Positions 7,909 through 18,408 of a stretch of 58,097 nt of DNA are shown here, one piece after another. Made by a program: the position numbers and the translations under genes. Position 1 is the first letter of the stretch; each line of letters begins with the position of its first letter. Source of the stretch: an uncultured Clostridium sp. (lineage in GTDB: Bacteria; Bacillota; Clostridia; TANB77; CAG-508); assembly GCA_964456505.1 (NCBI GenBank), contig CAYWAH010000003.1:1-58097 (forward strand). Reading direction: 5' to 3'. The notes under the pieces were generated by a model. It was given only the letters and a program-made list of their open reading frames with translations, was not told the DNA's origin and did no database searches.

Positions 7909-10746
7909 ATGGCACTGGATAAGATAATAGTAAAAGGCGCAAAAGAACATAATCTAAAAAATATTGATATAGAAATTCCTAAAGATAAGCTGGTTGTTAT
8001 AACCGGCTTATCTGGCTCTGGAAAGTCTTCTTTGGCTTTTGATACATTGTATGCTGAAGGTCAAAGAAGGTATGTTGAAAGTTTATCTTCATATGCAAGA
8101 CAATTCCTTGGAATAATGGACAAACCAAAGGTTGATTCTATTGATGGGCTTTCTCCTGCTATTTCAATTGACCAAAAAACCACTTCAAGAAACCCACGTT
8201 CAACTGTTGGGACTGTAACAGAAATTTATAATTACATTCGTTTGCTATATGCTAGAGTTGGTGTTGCATATTGTCCAAATTGTGGCACTAAAATTGAAAA
8301 GCAATCTGTCGATCAAATTGTTGATGATATTTTAAAACTTGATGAAGGCACAAGAATTCAAGTGTTAGCACCAATTGTTAAAAATAAAAAAGGCGAATAT
8401 AAAAAATTGCTTGATACCTATGAAAGAGAAGGATATGTTAGAGCAATAATTGATGGCGAAAACATTGAACTTAGCGATGATTACACAATTGACAGAAAGA
8501 AAAAACACACTATAGATATTGTTATTGATAGATTAGTTGTGAAAGAAGGAATCAGAGCAAGATTGACTGAATCTGTTGAAATTGCAATGAAAGATGCAGA
8601 TAATCTTGTAAAAATTGATTGCCCTGGAACTGAAAAAGACAAATTATATAGTGGTAATTATTCATGCCCTAATTGTGGTTTTTGTTTTCCGGAATTGTCT
8701 TCAAGGCTTTTCTCATTTAATAATCCTGAAGGCGCTTGCCCTGATTGTACTGGTATTGGTTACTTGATGAAAATGGATGAGGATTTACTAATACCTGATA
8801 AAACCAAAACTCTTTACGATGGTGTAAAATGCTTTGGTGCTAGTACAATGAAAAAAGGCGAAACAATGGCTAAGATGTATTTCGAGTCAATTGGAAAACA
8901 TTATGGTGTAGATATTACAAAGCCAATTAAAGATTTGCCAAGATGGTTTATGGATAAAATAATGTATGGTACAGGCGACGAAATTATTGATTTCAAATAT
9001 GAGAGCCCATTTGGTATTAGAAAAAATAGTATTCCATTTGAAGGTGTTATTCCAACACTTGAAAGAAGACATAGAGAAACAAAATCTCAAGGAATGATTC
9101 AATTTTATGAATATTATATGAGCGAAAAGGAATGCCCAACATGCCATGGAGCTAGATTAAGACCAGAAGCACTATCTGTAAAAGTCGGCGAAAAAAATAT
9201 TAAAGAACTTACTGATATGCCAATAATTGCCATTAAAGATTATTTATCAAACTTAAAATTATCAGAGAAAAATGCAATGATTGCAGAGCAAATTTTGAAA
9301 GAAATTGATTCAAGATTGCAATTCTTAATTGATGTTGGACTTGATTATTTAACTCTTTCACGTAGTGCCTCAACACTTTCTGGTGGAGAGTCACAAAGAA
9401 TAAGACTTGCAACACAAATAGGTTCAGGTTTAACAGGTGTAATGTATATACTTGATGAGCCTAGTATCGGTTTGCATCAAAGAGATAATAATAAACTAAT
9501 TGCAACATTGAAGAAATTGAGAGATTTAGGAAATACTGTAATTGTCGTTGAACATGATACAGATACAATGTTTGCAGCTGACCAAGTAATTGATATTGGC
9601 CCAGGTGCTGGTGTACATGGCGGATATGTAATGGCACAAGGAACAGCTGAAGAAATATCAAAAGTAAAAGATTCTATTACAGGCCAATATTTGTCTGGAA
9701 GAAAGCAAATTGAAGTTCCAAAGAAGAGAAGAAAAAATACAGGAAAATACCTTGAAATTGTAAAAGCCACAGAACACAATTTGAAAAATGTAACAGTAAA
9801 AATTCCACTAGGTCAATTTGTATGCGTTACAGGTGTATCTGGTTCTGGAAAAAGTACATTAGTAAATGATGTTTTATATAATAACATTTACAAAATTTTC
9901 AATAAAACAAATCAAAAAGTTGGAAAATGCAAAGAAATTAAAGGCATTGAAAATATTGATAAGGTAATAAATATTGATCAATCTCCAATTGGTAGAAGTC
10001 CAAGGTCAAACCCTGCAACATATACAGGCGTGTTTGATCTTATTAGAGATGTTTTTGCTAATACAAATGAAGCAAAAATGAGAGGTTATTCAAAAGGTAG
10101 ATTTAGCTTTAATGTACCTGGCGGTAGATGTGAATCTTGCCAAGGCGATGGAATAATCAAAATCGAAATGAATTTTTTATCAGATGTGTATGTTCCTTGC
10201 GATGTATGTCATGGAAGCAGATATAATAGAGAAACTTTGGAAGTTAAATACAAGGGAAAATCTATTGCAGATGTACTTGATATGACAGTTGAGGAGGCTC
10301 TTACATTTTTTGAAAACATACCAAGTATAAAAAGAAAAATTCAAACCTTAAATGATGTAGGATTAGGCTATATTAAGTTAGGACAACCATCTACAACTTT
10401 ATCAGGTGGAGAGGCTCAAAGAGTAAAATTGGCAACAGAACTTTCACGTGCTTCAACAGGAAAAACTTTGTACATTCTTGATGAACCTACTACGGGCTTA
10501 CATTTGGATGATGTAAATAGACTTGTTGAAATTTTACAAAGATTGGTTGACAAAGGCAACACAGTACTTGTAATTGAGCATAATCTTGATTTAATAAAAA
10601 CAGCAGATTACATTATTGATTTAGGGCCAGAAGGAGGAGAACGTGGTGGCGAAATTATTGCCGTTGGTACACCAGAAAAAGTTGCACAAAATGAAAATAG
10701 TTATACAGGCGAATTTTTAAAACCATATTTGGAGAAAAATATATGA
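7909..10746 (+). CDS. uvrA: Excinuclease ABC subunit A
   Basis: Two ABC cassettes ('[10 protein letters not shown]', '[12 protein letters not shown]', '[10 protein letters not shown]', '[12 protein letters not shown]') and Zn fingers. Confidence 0.98.
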   Translation: MALDKIIVKGAKEHNLKNIDIEIPKDKLVVITGLSGSGKSSLAFDTLYAEGQRRYVESLSSYARQFLGIMDKPKVDSIDGLSPAISIDQKTTSRNPRSTVGTVTEIYNYIRLLYARVGVAYCPNCGTKIEKQSVDQIVDDILKLDEGTRIQVLAPIVKNKKGEYKKLLDTYEREGYVRAIIDGENIELSDDYTIDRKKKHTIDIVIDRLVVKEGIRARLTESVEIAMKDADNLVKIDCPGTEKDKLYSGNYSCPNCGFCFPELSSRLFSFNNPEGACPDCTGIGYLMKMDEDLLIPDKTKTLYDGVKCFGASTMKKGETMAKMYFESIGKHYGVDITKPIKDLPRWFMDKIMYGTGDEIIDFKYESPFGIRKNSIPFEGVIPTLERRHRETKSQGMIQFYEYYMSEKECPTCHGARLRPEALSVKVGEKNIKELTDMPIIAIKDYLSNLKLSEKNAMIAEQILKEIDSRLQFLIDVGLDYLTLSRSASTLSGGESQRIRLATQIGSGLTGVMYILDEPSIGLHQRDNNKLIATLKKLRDLGNTVIVVEHDTDTMFAADQVIDIGPGAGVHGGYVMAQGTAEEISKVKDSITGQYLSGRKQIEVPKKRRKNTGKYLEIVKATEHNLKNVTVKIPLGQFVCVTGVSGSGKSTLVNDVLYNNIYKIFNKTNQKVGKCKEIKGIENIDKVINIDQSPIGRSPRSNPATYTGVFDLIRDVFANTNEAKMRGYSKGRFSFNVPGGRCESCQGDGIIKIEMNFLSDVYVPCDVCHGSRYNRETLEVKYKGKSIADVLDMTVEEALTFFENIPSIKRKIQTLNDVGLGYIKLGQPSTTLSGGEAQRVKLATELSRASTGKTLYILDEPTTGLHLDDVNRLVEILQRLVDKGNTVLVIEHNLDLIKTADYIIDLGPEGGERGGEIIAVGTPEKVAQNENSYTGEFLKPYLEKNI

Positions 10747-11492
10747 GCAAAGACAAACATATTGTAATTGGAATTGAAGGAGAAGTTTCATCAGGAAAAA
10801 CTTCGATTTGCAATGAATTGATAAATAAAATAAATAATGCAGTTTTCCTTGATGGGGGAGCAATTTACAGAGGACTAGTAATGGCTGTGAAGAAAAACAA
10901 GGCAAAACTAGTGTGGATATTTTTAAAAAACAAGATTCTAAAACTTTTTGGTAAAAAAGGACTTGATGCCTATGAACTTATGAAAGACCTTAAAGTTGAG
11001 TTCAAAATAGAAGATAAGAAAACTGCAATTTATATTGATAATAAAAAAATTGATGAAAAAGAAATACATACTTTAAAAAATGATATGGGTGTAAGCAAAA
11101 TGGCTGGAAAAGTAAACAATGAAGCCATATATAAATTTGCAAGAGAATTAGTAGATAAATACAGAGAAAAATACAATTTGATTTTATCAGCAAGAGATTT
11201 AATAAATATCTATCCAGATATGACTTGTTTTGTGTATGTAACATGTGATTTGAAAGAACGTGTTAACAGAAGATACAATCAATTTGAAGGAAAAGTTTCA
11301 AAAAAAGATTTAAAAGAATATATTACTAAAAGAGATGAGTTACACAAGCAATCATTTAAAACAGAAGGTTTTGAAAGAACTATAAATGTTGATGTAACAA
11401 AATGCAAAAATGCAGAAGAATCAACAGACTTAGTAATTAAAAAAATGTTAGAAAAAAATTACATAGACTCATCAATTCTAAAAGGGGAGTAA
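10743..11492 (+). CDS. cmk: Cytidylate kinase-like protein (divergent)
   Basis: P-loop '[11 protein letters not shown]', 'LDGGAIYRG', 'ERVNRRY', 'KRDE'; overlaps the uvrA stop (ATGA). Confidence 0.75.
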   Translation: MSKDKHIVIGIEGEVSSGKTSICNELINKINNAVFLDGGAIYRGLVMAVKKNKAKLVWIFLKNKILKLFGKKGLDAYELMKDLKVEFKIEDKKTAIYIDNKKIDEKEIHTLKNDMGVSKMAGKVNNEAIYKFARELVDKYREKYNLILSARDLINIYPDMTCFVYVTCDLKERVNRRYNQFEGKVSKKDLKEYITKRDELHKQSFKTEGFERTINVDVTKCKNAEESTDLVIKKMLEKNYIDSSILKGE

Positions 11493-11495
11493 ATT

Positions 11496-12905
11496 ATGTC
11501 AGATTATGTGAATGAAAAATTAGAAAAATTTAACAAAGATGTGTTTGGCAAGAAAGTTGCCATCATTGGCCTAGGAACAAGCAATGTTCCATTAATAAAA
11601 TACTTTAGAGATTTAGGTGCTTTTGTAACAGTATTTGATAACAGAGAAGAAGACAAGATCGATCCAGATGTTATTGAAATCTTAAACAAATATAAAGCAA
11701 GTAGATTTTTAGGAAAAGATAATTTAGCACATTTAAAAGGCTTCGACTATATATTCCGTTCTCCATCTGCTTTACCTACAAAACCAGAATTTGTAGAAGA
11801 AGTAAAAAGAGGAGCCGTACTTACATCAGAAATTGAAATGGTATTAGAACTATCTCCATCAACAATTATAGGCGTAACAGGAAGCGACGGAAAAACAACA
11901 ACAACAAGTTTGATATATGAAATCGTAAAGAAAACAGGTCACAATGTATTTTTAGGAGGCAATATTGGAATACCACTATTTACCAAAATAAAAGACATGA
12001 GAAAAGAAGACTTTGTTGTACTTGAATTAAGTAGTTTTCAATTGATGGATGTAAAGGTAAGCCCTAAAATTGCAGTAGTTACAAATATTTCTCCAAATCA
12101 TTTAAACGTTCACAAAGATTATCAGGAATATATAGACAGCAAGAAAAATATTTTTATACATCAAAAAGAAGATGGTTTAGTAGTTTTAAACTATGATAAT
12201 GACATTACTAGAGAATTCAAAAAAGATGCCAAAGGAAAAGTTGTATATTTCAGCCATAAAGAATTATTAGACAATGGATTTTGCTTTGACGAATCAGATA
12301 GAATAATAAAGAAATGCGAAGATGGCGTCAGAAAGCATTTGATAAAACAAAGCGAAATGCATTTAAGAGGAGAACACAACTGCGAAAATGTAGCCGCTGC
12401 AATTGCTGCAACTTATGGGCTAGTAAAAGAAGATGATATTATAGATGCAGTCAAAAATTTCAAAGGAGTAGAACACAGACTTGAATTTGTAAGAGAGATT
12501 GATGGTGTAAAATGGTTTAATGATTCAATAGGAACCAGCCCAACAAGAACAATAGCAGGTTTAAATTCATTCGATAAAAAAATAGTTTTGATAGCAGGAG
12601 GATATGACAAAAATCTTGACTATACACCAATAGCAAAACCAATAGTAAACAATGTATCAAAACTAATTTTAATGGGTGCAACAGCAGACAAAATAGAAAA
12701 AGCAGTAACAGATGAATTAAAAGCAGAGAAAAAGAATTTGCCAATTTATAGATGCAAAACATTAGAAGAAGTAGTAAAAAAGGCGAGAGAAGTTGCAACA
12801 CCAAGCGAAATTGTACTATTCTCACCAGCGAGTGCCAGTTTTGATTTGTTCAAAAACTTCGAAGACAGAGGCAACCAATTCAAGAAAATTGTAAATGAAT
12901 TATAA
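11496..12905 (+). CDS. murD: UDP-N-acetylmuramoyl-L-alanine--D-glutamate ligase
   Basis: 'GVTGSDGKTTTT', 'GGNIG', 'LELSSFQL', 'HRLE', 'NDSIGT', 'SPASASFDLFKNFEDRG'. Confidence 0.97.
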   Translation: MSDYVNEKLEKFNKDVFGKKVAIIGLGTSNVPLIKYFRDLGAFVTVFDNREEDKIDPDVIEILNKYKASRFLGKDNLAHLKGFDYIFRSPSALPTKPEFVEEVKRGAVLTSEIEMVLELSPSTIIGVTGSDGKTTTTSLIYEIVKKTGHNVFLGGNIGIPLFTKIKDMRKEDFVVLELSSFQLMDVKVSPKIAVVTNISPNHLNVHKDYQEYIDSKKNIFIHQKEDGLVVLNYDNDITREFKKDAKGKVVYFSHKELLDNGFCFDESDRIIKKCEDGVRKHLIKQSEMHLRGEHNCENVAAAIAATYGLVKEDDIIDAVKNFKGVEHRLEFVREIDGVKWFNDSIGTSPTRTIAGLNSFDKKIVLIAGGYDKNLDYTPIAKPIVNNVSKLILMGATADKIEKAVTDELKAEKKNLPIYRCKTLEEVVKKAREVATPSEIVLFSPASASFDLFKNFEDRGNQFKKIVNEL

Positions 12906-12908
12906 ATA

Positions 12909-12937
12909 AAAAAGTGCTAACTATATTAGCACTTTTT
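12909..12937. terminator. Bidirectional terminator between murD and spoIVA
   Basis: AAAAAGTGCTAA-CTATA-TTAGCACTTTTT between convergent genes. Confidence 0.75.
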
Positions 12938-14414
12938 AAAGTATTATACAAATCAAGCCACTCGAGCCTTCATTTACGATTCTCTCCAAGGTTTGCTGAA
13001 GCTTATTTTGTGCATCCTCTGGCATGCAAGCCAATTTATTTTGTAACCCCTCATTCACAAGTTCATGCAAACTCTTCCCAAAAATATTTGATTTCCAAAT
13101 TTCCTTTGGATCACTCTCAAATTGTGAAAGCAAATATTGAACCAAATCCTTTGATTGCTTCTCACTTCCAACAACAGGCGAAATTTCTGTTTCCACATTC
13201 GTTTTTATCAAATGAATAGAAGGCGCTTTAGCCTTTAATTTCACACCAAATTTGCTACCTTGCTTAACCATTTCAGGTTCATCTAAAATCAAATCATCAA
13301 TTGAAGGACTTATTATACCATAGCCTTTAGCATTTACCTCATCAAGAGCTGGCTTAATTCTGTCATAATGCTTTTTTATTTTTGCAAATTCAGTAAAATT
13401 AGAAAACAAGTCATATTCATTTGAAATCGTATTTCCGCATAGTTCCGTAAGAACCTTGTAGAACAAATCTGGTTTTACTTGAAAACTTACATTTATATTT
13501 CCGCTTCCCAAATTTATTTCATCAACTTTGCTTGAAGTAATTATCTCGTTTGAAGACAAGTTATTTAACGAATTAGTAACCTGTCTAATGATTTTTACAT
13601 TTGAAAAAATTGCTTTAATTTCACTGAAAATATTTTGCTTTAACCAATGATTACTCTCTAATCCATCTATCCAATAAGGATATTTTATATTAACGCTCTG
13701 AATAGGGAATTCATAAAGCATTTTGCTAAACAGCAAATTTATGTCTTCAAGTGTAAGATTATTGCAGTCCATTGGAAGAACTGAAGAAGAGTATTTTTCT
13801 TCCAATGTTTGAGCTAACTCCTTACAATATGAACTTTCCTTGTCACTTGAATTTAGTACAATAACAAAAGGTTTATTTATGCTTTTCAATTCTTTTACAA
13901 TTTTTTCTTCAGCATCAACATAATCTTTTCTATCAATTCCAGAGAAACTTCCATCTGTGGTAACAAGTACACCTATTGTAGAATGTTCATTTATTACTTT
14001 TTTAGTACCGATTTCGGCAGCCTTTTCAAATGGAATTTCTTCTTTTGACCAAGGAGTTTTCACCATTCTTGGAATATTATCTTCCATATAGCCAATTGCA
14101 TTATTTACAAGGTACCCAACGCAATCAACTAGTCTTGCATTAAACTTTACATTATTATTTAATGTGATTGGAACCGCTTCGTTTGGAATAAATTTAGGCT
14201 CTGTTGTCATAATAGTTCTTCCTGAGCCACTTTGAGGAAGTTCATCAATTGTTCGTTCCTTTTTATACTTGTCATCTATGTTTGGCAAAACCAATAAGTT
14301 CATAAAATTCTTTATAAAAGTAGATTTGCCAGTTCTAACCGGGCCAACAACGCCTATGTAAATATCTCCATTTGTGCGTTTAGCAATGTTTTCATATAAT
14401 TTGATATCATCCAT
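12936..14414 (-). CDS. spoIVA: Stage IV sporulation protein A
   Basis: 'IYIGVVGPVRTGKSTFIK', 'DELPQSGSGRTIMTTEPKF', C-terminal 'NEGSSGLICIIL'. Confidence 0.98.
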   Translation of the reverse strand: MDDIKLYENIAKRTNGDIYIGVVGPVRTGKSTFIKNFMNLLVLPNIDDKYKKERTIDELPQSGSGRTIMTTEPKFIPNEAVPITLNNNVKFNARLVDCVGYLVNNAIGYMEDNIPRMVKTPWSKEEIPFEKAAEIGTKKVINEHSTIGVLVTTDGSFSGIDRKDYVDAEEKIVKELKSINKPFVIVLNSSDKESSYCKELAQTLEEKYSSSVLPMDCNNLTLEDINLLFSKMLYEFPIQSVNIKYPYWIDGLESNHWLKQNIFSEIKAIFSNVKIIRQVTNSLNNLSSNEIITSSKVDEINLGSGNINVSFQVKPDLFYKVLTELCGNTISNEYDLFSNFTEFAKIKKHYDRIKPALDEVNAKGYGIISPSIDDLILDEPEMVKQGSKFGVKLKAKAPSIHLIKTNVETEISPVVGSEKQSKDLVQYLLSQFESDPKEIWKSNIFGKSLHELVNEGLQNKLACMPEDAQNKLQQTLERIVNEGSSGLICIIL

Positions 14415-14452
14415 AATTAAAAATCTTTCCTTTCTGAAGGTTTGTTTTACTT

Positions 14453-14481
14453 AAATATATTTCATTGAAAATAAAATATGA
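14453..14481 (-). promoter_or_regulatory. Probable sigmaE-type sporulation promoter for spoIVA
   Basis: Minus strand TCATATT, 13 bp, AATATATT; resembles the sigmaE consensus, and spoIVA is sigmaE-controlled in model spore-formers. Confidence 0.45.
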
Positions 14482-14598
14482 CAAACTAATTGAAATGTTG
14501 GAAAAAATTCACTTGTATTTAAAATATATTTATGATAGAATGCAAAAGTGAAATTTGAATATAATTGTTAATGAGCATTAAAAAGGAACGAGGTTAAA

Positions 14599-15837
14599 AT
14601 GGAAGACTACATTGCAAAATTAAAAGAGTATAATCAAGAACATATTCTTGACTATATAAATATGGCAAGTGATGAGCAAAAGCAAAATTTAATTAACGAA
14701 ATAAATGAAATAGATTTTGAAGATTTAAAAAACATATACGAAACTTGTAATAAACTAAATGATGATAATATTAAAGAAAACAAGATAGAACATATATCTT
14801 ATGTAGATGAATATAAATTAGACAAAGATAGTTTTACAGAGTTAAGTAACAGTGGCAAAAAAATAATAAAGAATAACGAATATGCAGTTGTTACAATGGC
14901 AGGAGGTCAAGGTACTAGACTTGATTTTGATGGACCTAAAGGAACATTTTTACTTGATATAAAACCTAGTCCTAAATATTTATTTGAAATAATCTGTGAC
15001 AACCTAAAAAGAGTAAATTTCCAATATGGAATAATTCTCAATTGGTACATAATGACTAGCACAGAGAACAATGAGCAAACTGTAAAATTCTTTGATGAGC
15101 ATAATTATTTTGATTATCCAAAAGATCATATTAAATTCTTTACTCAAGGCAATATGCCTGTATTAAGTGAAGACGGAAAATTGATGGTTGACATAAACTA
15201 CAATATAAAAATTGCAGCAGATGGAAATGGTTGTATTTATAAATCAATGAAAAAAGATGGAATTCTTGATGAAATGAAGAGCAAAGGAATTAAATGGATT
15301 TTCATTGGCTCTGTTGATAACGTACTTTTAAATATGTGCGATCCTGTTTTACTTGGATTAGCAATAAAAGAGAATAATCAAATTGCTTCAAAGTCTATTG
15401 TAAAAAGAGATCCACACGAAAGAGTTGGAGTGTTTTGCAAGAAAAATTCAAAACCATCTGTTATTGAATATTCAGAACTTCCAGAAGATATGGCAGAACT
15501 TAAAGATGAAAACGGAGAACTTGTTTTCGGAGAGTCACATATTATGTGCAATTTATATAGCATAGAGGCTTTGGAGAAGATTAGCAATATCAAGTTACCA
15601 TATCATAAGGCTCACAAGAAAATAAAATATTTAGATCTTAATGGAACTTTTGTAAATCCTACAGAGCCTAATGCATATAAGTATGAAGCATTTATTTTTG
15701 ATGGATTTAATTATTTTGATGATATTTCTATTCTAAGAGGCAAACGTGAAAATGATTTTGCACCTGTAAAGAATAGGGAGGGGCAAGATAGCCCAGAGAC
15801 TGCCACAATTCTTTACAATAGTTACCATGGATTTTAA
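14599..15837 (+). CDS. UDPGP-family (UAP1-like) UDP-N-acetylhexosamine pyrophosphorylase
   Basis: 'MAGGQGTRL..GPKG', 'FFTQG', 'DGNG', 'VDN', 'VIEYSE', 'KYEAFIFD', 'FAPVKN'. Confidence 0.9.
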   Translation: MEDYIAKLKEYNQEHILDYINMASDEQKQNLINEINEIDFEDLKNIYETCNKLNDDNIKENKIEHISYVDEYKLDKDSFTELSNSGKKIIKNNEYAVVTMAGGQGTRLDFDGPKGTFLLDIKPSPKYLFEIICDNLKRVNFQYGIILNWYIMTSTENNEQTVKFFDEHNYFDYPKDHIKFFTQGNMPVLSEDGKLMVDINYNIKIAADGNGCIYKSMKKDGILDEMKSKGIKWIFIGSVDNVLLNMCDPVLLGLAIKENNQIASKSIVKRDPHERVGVFCKKNSKPSVIEYSELPEDMAELKDENGELVFGESHIMCNLYSIEALEKISNIKLPYHKAHKKIKYLDLNGTFVNPTEPNAYKYEAFIFDGFNYFDDISILRGKRENDFAPVKNREGQDSPETATILYNSYHGF

Positions 15838-15867
15838 AGTTTAAATTATTTTATTTTTGGAGGATAT

Positions 15868-16533
15868 ATGGAAGATTTAAAAATTGTTAATCTCTTTAAT
15901 TTAGATGATAGTATTGCAAAGCCTTTGCTTGAAAAATATGAATACCCTTGGGAAGTATTGCCTAATATTGAAAAGTTTATAATCGAATTGGGCAGTACTC
16001 TTAATGAAGAAGAGTATGAAAAAAGAGGAGAAAATGTTTGGATTCATAAAACTGCTAAAGTTTTTGATTCTGCTTATATAAATGGTCCTTGTATTATTTG
16101 CGAAAATGCAGAAGTAAGACAATGTGCTTTTATAAGAGGTAAAGCTATTGTTGGTAAGAATGCAGTTGTTGGTAATTCGGTTGAATTAAAAAATGCTATT
16201 TTATTTAATAATGTACAAGTTCCTCATTTTAATTACGTAGGAGATTCTATACTTGGATTTAAAGCACATATGGGTGCGGGCTCTATTACTTCTAATTTTA
16301 AATCGGATAAAAAGAATGTTGTTATTAAATGCAATGGCAAAAAATTTGAAACTGGTACGAAAAAGATTGGCGCTTTTTTGGGCGACAATGTTGAAATTGG
16401 ATGCAATAGCGTGTTGAATCCTGGCACCATTGTTGGAAGGAATTCTAATGTATATCCGTTGTCTTCTGTAAGGGGATATATACATGAAAATTCCATATAT
16501 AAAAGTAGTAAAAATATAGTTGACAAATTATGA
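15868..16533 (+). CDS. Hexapeptide-repeat acetyltransferase (GlmU C-terminal-like)
   Basis: 'GNSVELKNA', 'VPHFNYVGDSILG', 'GAGSITSN', 'GCNSVLNPGT'; left-handed beta-helix repeats. Confidence 0.85.
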   Translation: MEDLKIVNLFNLDDSIAKPLLEKYEYPWEVLPNIEKFIIELGSTLNEEEYEKRGENVWIHKTAKVFDSAYINGPCIICENAEVRQCAFIRGKAIVGKNAVVGNSVELKNAILFNNVQVPHFNYVGDSILGFKAHMGAGSITSNFKSDKKNVVIKCNGKKFETGTKKIGAFLGDNVEIGCNSVLNPGTIVGRNSNVYPLSSVRGYIHENSIYKSSKNIVDKL

Positions 16534-16561
16534 TTGTTGTGTTATTTTATAAGCTAGTATG

Positions 16562-16584
16562 AAGATTGACCAAAGGTCAATCTT
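16562..16584. promoter_or_regulatory. Perfect palindrome upstream of the radical SAM gene (candidate operator)
   Basis: AAGATTGACC-AAA-GGTCAATCTT between a TTGACA (16520) promoter-like element and the RBS. Confidence 0.5.
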
Positions 16585-16612
16585 AGATATTATGTAAAGA
16601 AGGAGTTTAATT

Positions 16613-18169
16613 ATGAGTAATAATGGAACATCAATGGCACATAAAATGGAAAGAGCTGCAGTTAGTGTAATAGTTGATAAAATATTAAAAGATATGGATA
16701 AAGATAGAACAGCAGAATATATGAAACTTATTGATTACGCTGAAAAATTCTATGGAAAGGATTATAAAAAAGAAGATTATGATAAATATCGTAAATTATT
16801 TTCTGATCCTAACAATAGTTTAGTTAAAATCATCAATAGTTTCTTAGATGAAGGAAACCCACATGTAGTAAAAGTAACTCTTATGAACTTACTATATGAA
16901 GCTTTCTTTGCTGGTACAAAACAAATCAGAAAAAATCGTGAAAAATATGATTGTAATATTCCTTGGTTAATCTTATTTGACCCAACAGATGCATGCAACA
17001 TGCATTGTGTAGGATGCTGGTCTGGAGAATATGGTCATAAGAATAATTTAAGTTATGAAGATATGGATAAAATAGTTACTGAAGGTAAAGCATTAGGTGT
17101 CCATTTATATATGATGACAGGTGGAGAGCCTTTAGTTCGTAAAGCTGATATTTTGAAATTAGCTGAAAAACATAATGATTGTGAATTTTCACTTTATACA
17201 AATTCAACTTTAATTGATGAAGATTTATGCAAAGAATGTGTTAGATTAGGGAACATTGCATTCCAATTATCAATTGAAGGCTCTGAAGAAACAAATGATG
17301 CTAGACGTGGAAAAGGCCATTATAAAGCAGTTATGAATGCTATGAAACTTCTTAAAAAATATGGTATTCTATTTGGTGGATCTATTTGCTATACTAGAGC
17401 AAATGTTGAAGCAGTTACAAGTGATGAATTTGTACATATGTTAGCTGATAATGGTATGAAATATGTATTCTATTTCCACTTTATGCCAGTTGGAAAAGGA
17501 TCTACAGTTGATTTAATGCCAACAGTTGAACAACGTAAATATATGATTAAGAGAATTCGTGAAATTAGAAAACCAAGTTATGGATTAGGATTGTTCCCAA
17601 TGGACTTCCAAAATGATGGTGAATATGTAGGTGGTTGTATTGCTGGTGGAAGAAACTACTTCCATATCAATGCATCAGGCGAAGCTGAACCATGTGTATT
17701 TATTCATTATTCTAATGCAAATATTCATGACAGCTCTATTCTTGAAATATTAAAGAGCCCATTATTCATGGCTTATCACTATGATCAACCATTTAATGAG
17801 AATCATTTACGTCCATGTCCAATGCTTGAAAACCCAGAAGTATTAGGAAAATTGGTTAAGGAAACAGGCGCTCATAATACAGATAAGCAAGCACCTGAAA
17901 CACCAGAAGAATTAGCAAAGAAGACAGTTCCTTATGCTGAAAAATGGAAGCCAGAGGCTGAAAAGATTTGGAAAGAAGAGAATAAGGGAGAAAGATATCA
18001 CAAGACAAAGGGTAGATATCTAAACTATTCTAAAGAATATATGGCTAAACTTGAAGCAAAAGAAGCCGAAGAAGAAGCCAAAGAGGAATCTAAAAAGACA
18101 GCGAAGAAAACAACTACAAAATCTACTAAAAAAGACACAAAGAAAAAAACTAAAGTTAGCTCAAAATAA
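16613..18169 (+). CDS. Radical SAM protein with C-terminal Fe-S (SPASM/twitch-like) domain and Lys/Thr-rich tail
   Basis: 'DPTDACNMHCVGC', 'TGGEPL', 'GCIAGGR..PCVF', 'RPCP'; tail KKTAKKTTTKSTKKDTKKKTK. Confidence 0.9.
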   Translation: MSNNGTSMAHKMERAAVSVIVDKILKDMDKDRTAEYMKLIDYAEKFYGKDYKKEDYDKYRKLFSDPNNSLVKIINSFLDEGNPHVVKVTLMNLLYEAFFAGTKQIRKNREKYDCNIPWLILFDPTDACNMHCVGCWSGEYGHKNNLSYEDMDKIVTEGKALGVHLYMMTGGEPLVRKADILKLAEKHNDCEFSLYTNSTLIDEDLCKECVRLGNIAFQLSIEGSEETNDARRGKGHYKAVMNAMKLLKKYGILFGGSICYTRANVEAVTSDEFVHMLADNGMKYVFYFHFMPVGKGSTVDLMPTVEQRKYMIKRIREIRKPSYGLGLFPMDFQNDGEYVGGCIAGGRNYFHINASGEAEPCVFIHYSNANIHDSSILEILKSPLFMAYHYDQPFNENHLRPCPMLENPEVLGKLVKETGAHNTDKQAPETPEELAKKTVPYAEKWKPEAEKIWKEENKGERYHKTKGRYLNYSKEYMAKLEAKEAEEEAKEESKKTAKKTTTKSTKKDTKKKTKVSSK

Positions 18170-18251
18170 TTAAACGAGAATATTTTTAAAGTAAATATAT
18201 GCAAAACAAATTACCAAATTTTTAAATATTAAAATTTTTCTAATTTTTTGC

Positions 18252-18283
18252 AAAAGAAAGCCGTAAAAGGCTTTCTTTTTTTT
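18252..18283 (+). terminator. Intrinsic terminator
   Basis: AAAAGAAAGCC-GTAAAA-GGCTTTCTTTTTTTT. Confidence 0.8.
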
Positions 18284-18313
18284 GCGTTTTATGATATGAT
18301 TACAATGTATTTT

Positions 18314-18387
18314 GCAGGTGTAGTTTAATGGTAGAACATGGCCTTCCCAAGGCTAGGGCGGGAGTCCGATTCTCCTCATCTGCTCCA
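18314..18387 (+). tRNA. tRNA-Gly (anticodon CCC)
   Basis: Cloverleaf: acceptor GCAGGTG/CATCTGC, anticodon arm TGGCC-TT CCC AA-GGCTA, T-arm GGGAG-TCCGATT-CTCCT, discriminator T, encoded CCA. Confidence 0.9.
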
Positions 18388-18408
18388 CGATAAAAGAAAG
18401 GTATTAAC

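Noticed and set aside
16613-18169. Second RiPP locus around the first radical SAM gene
   Set aside because: No small ORF or tailoring genes nearby; flanked by housekeeping genes.
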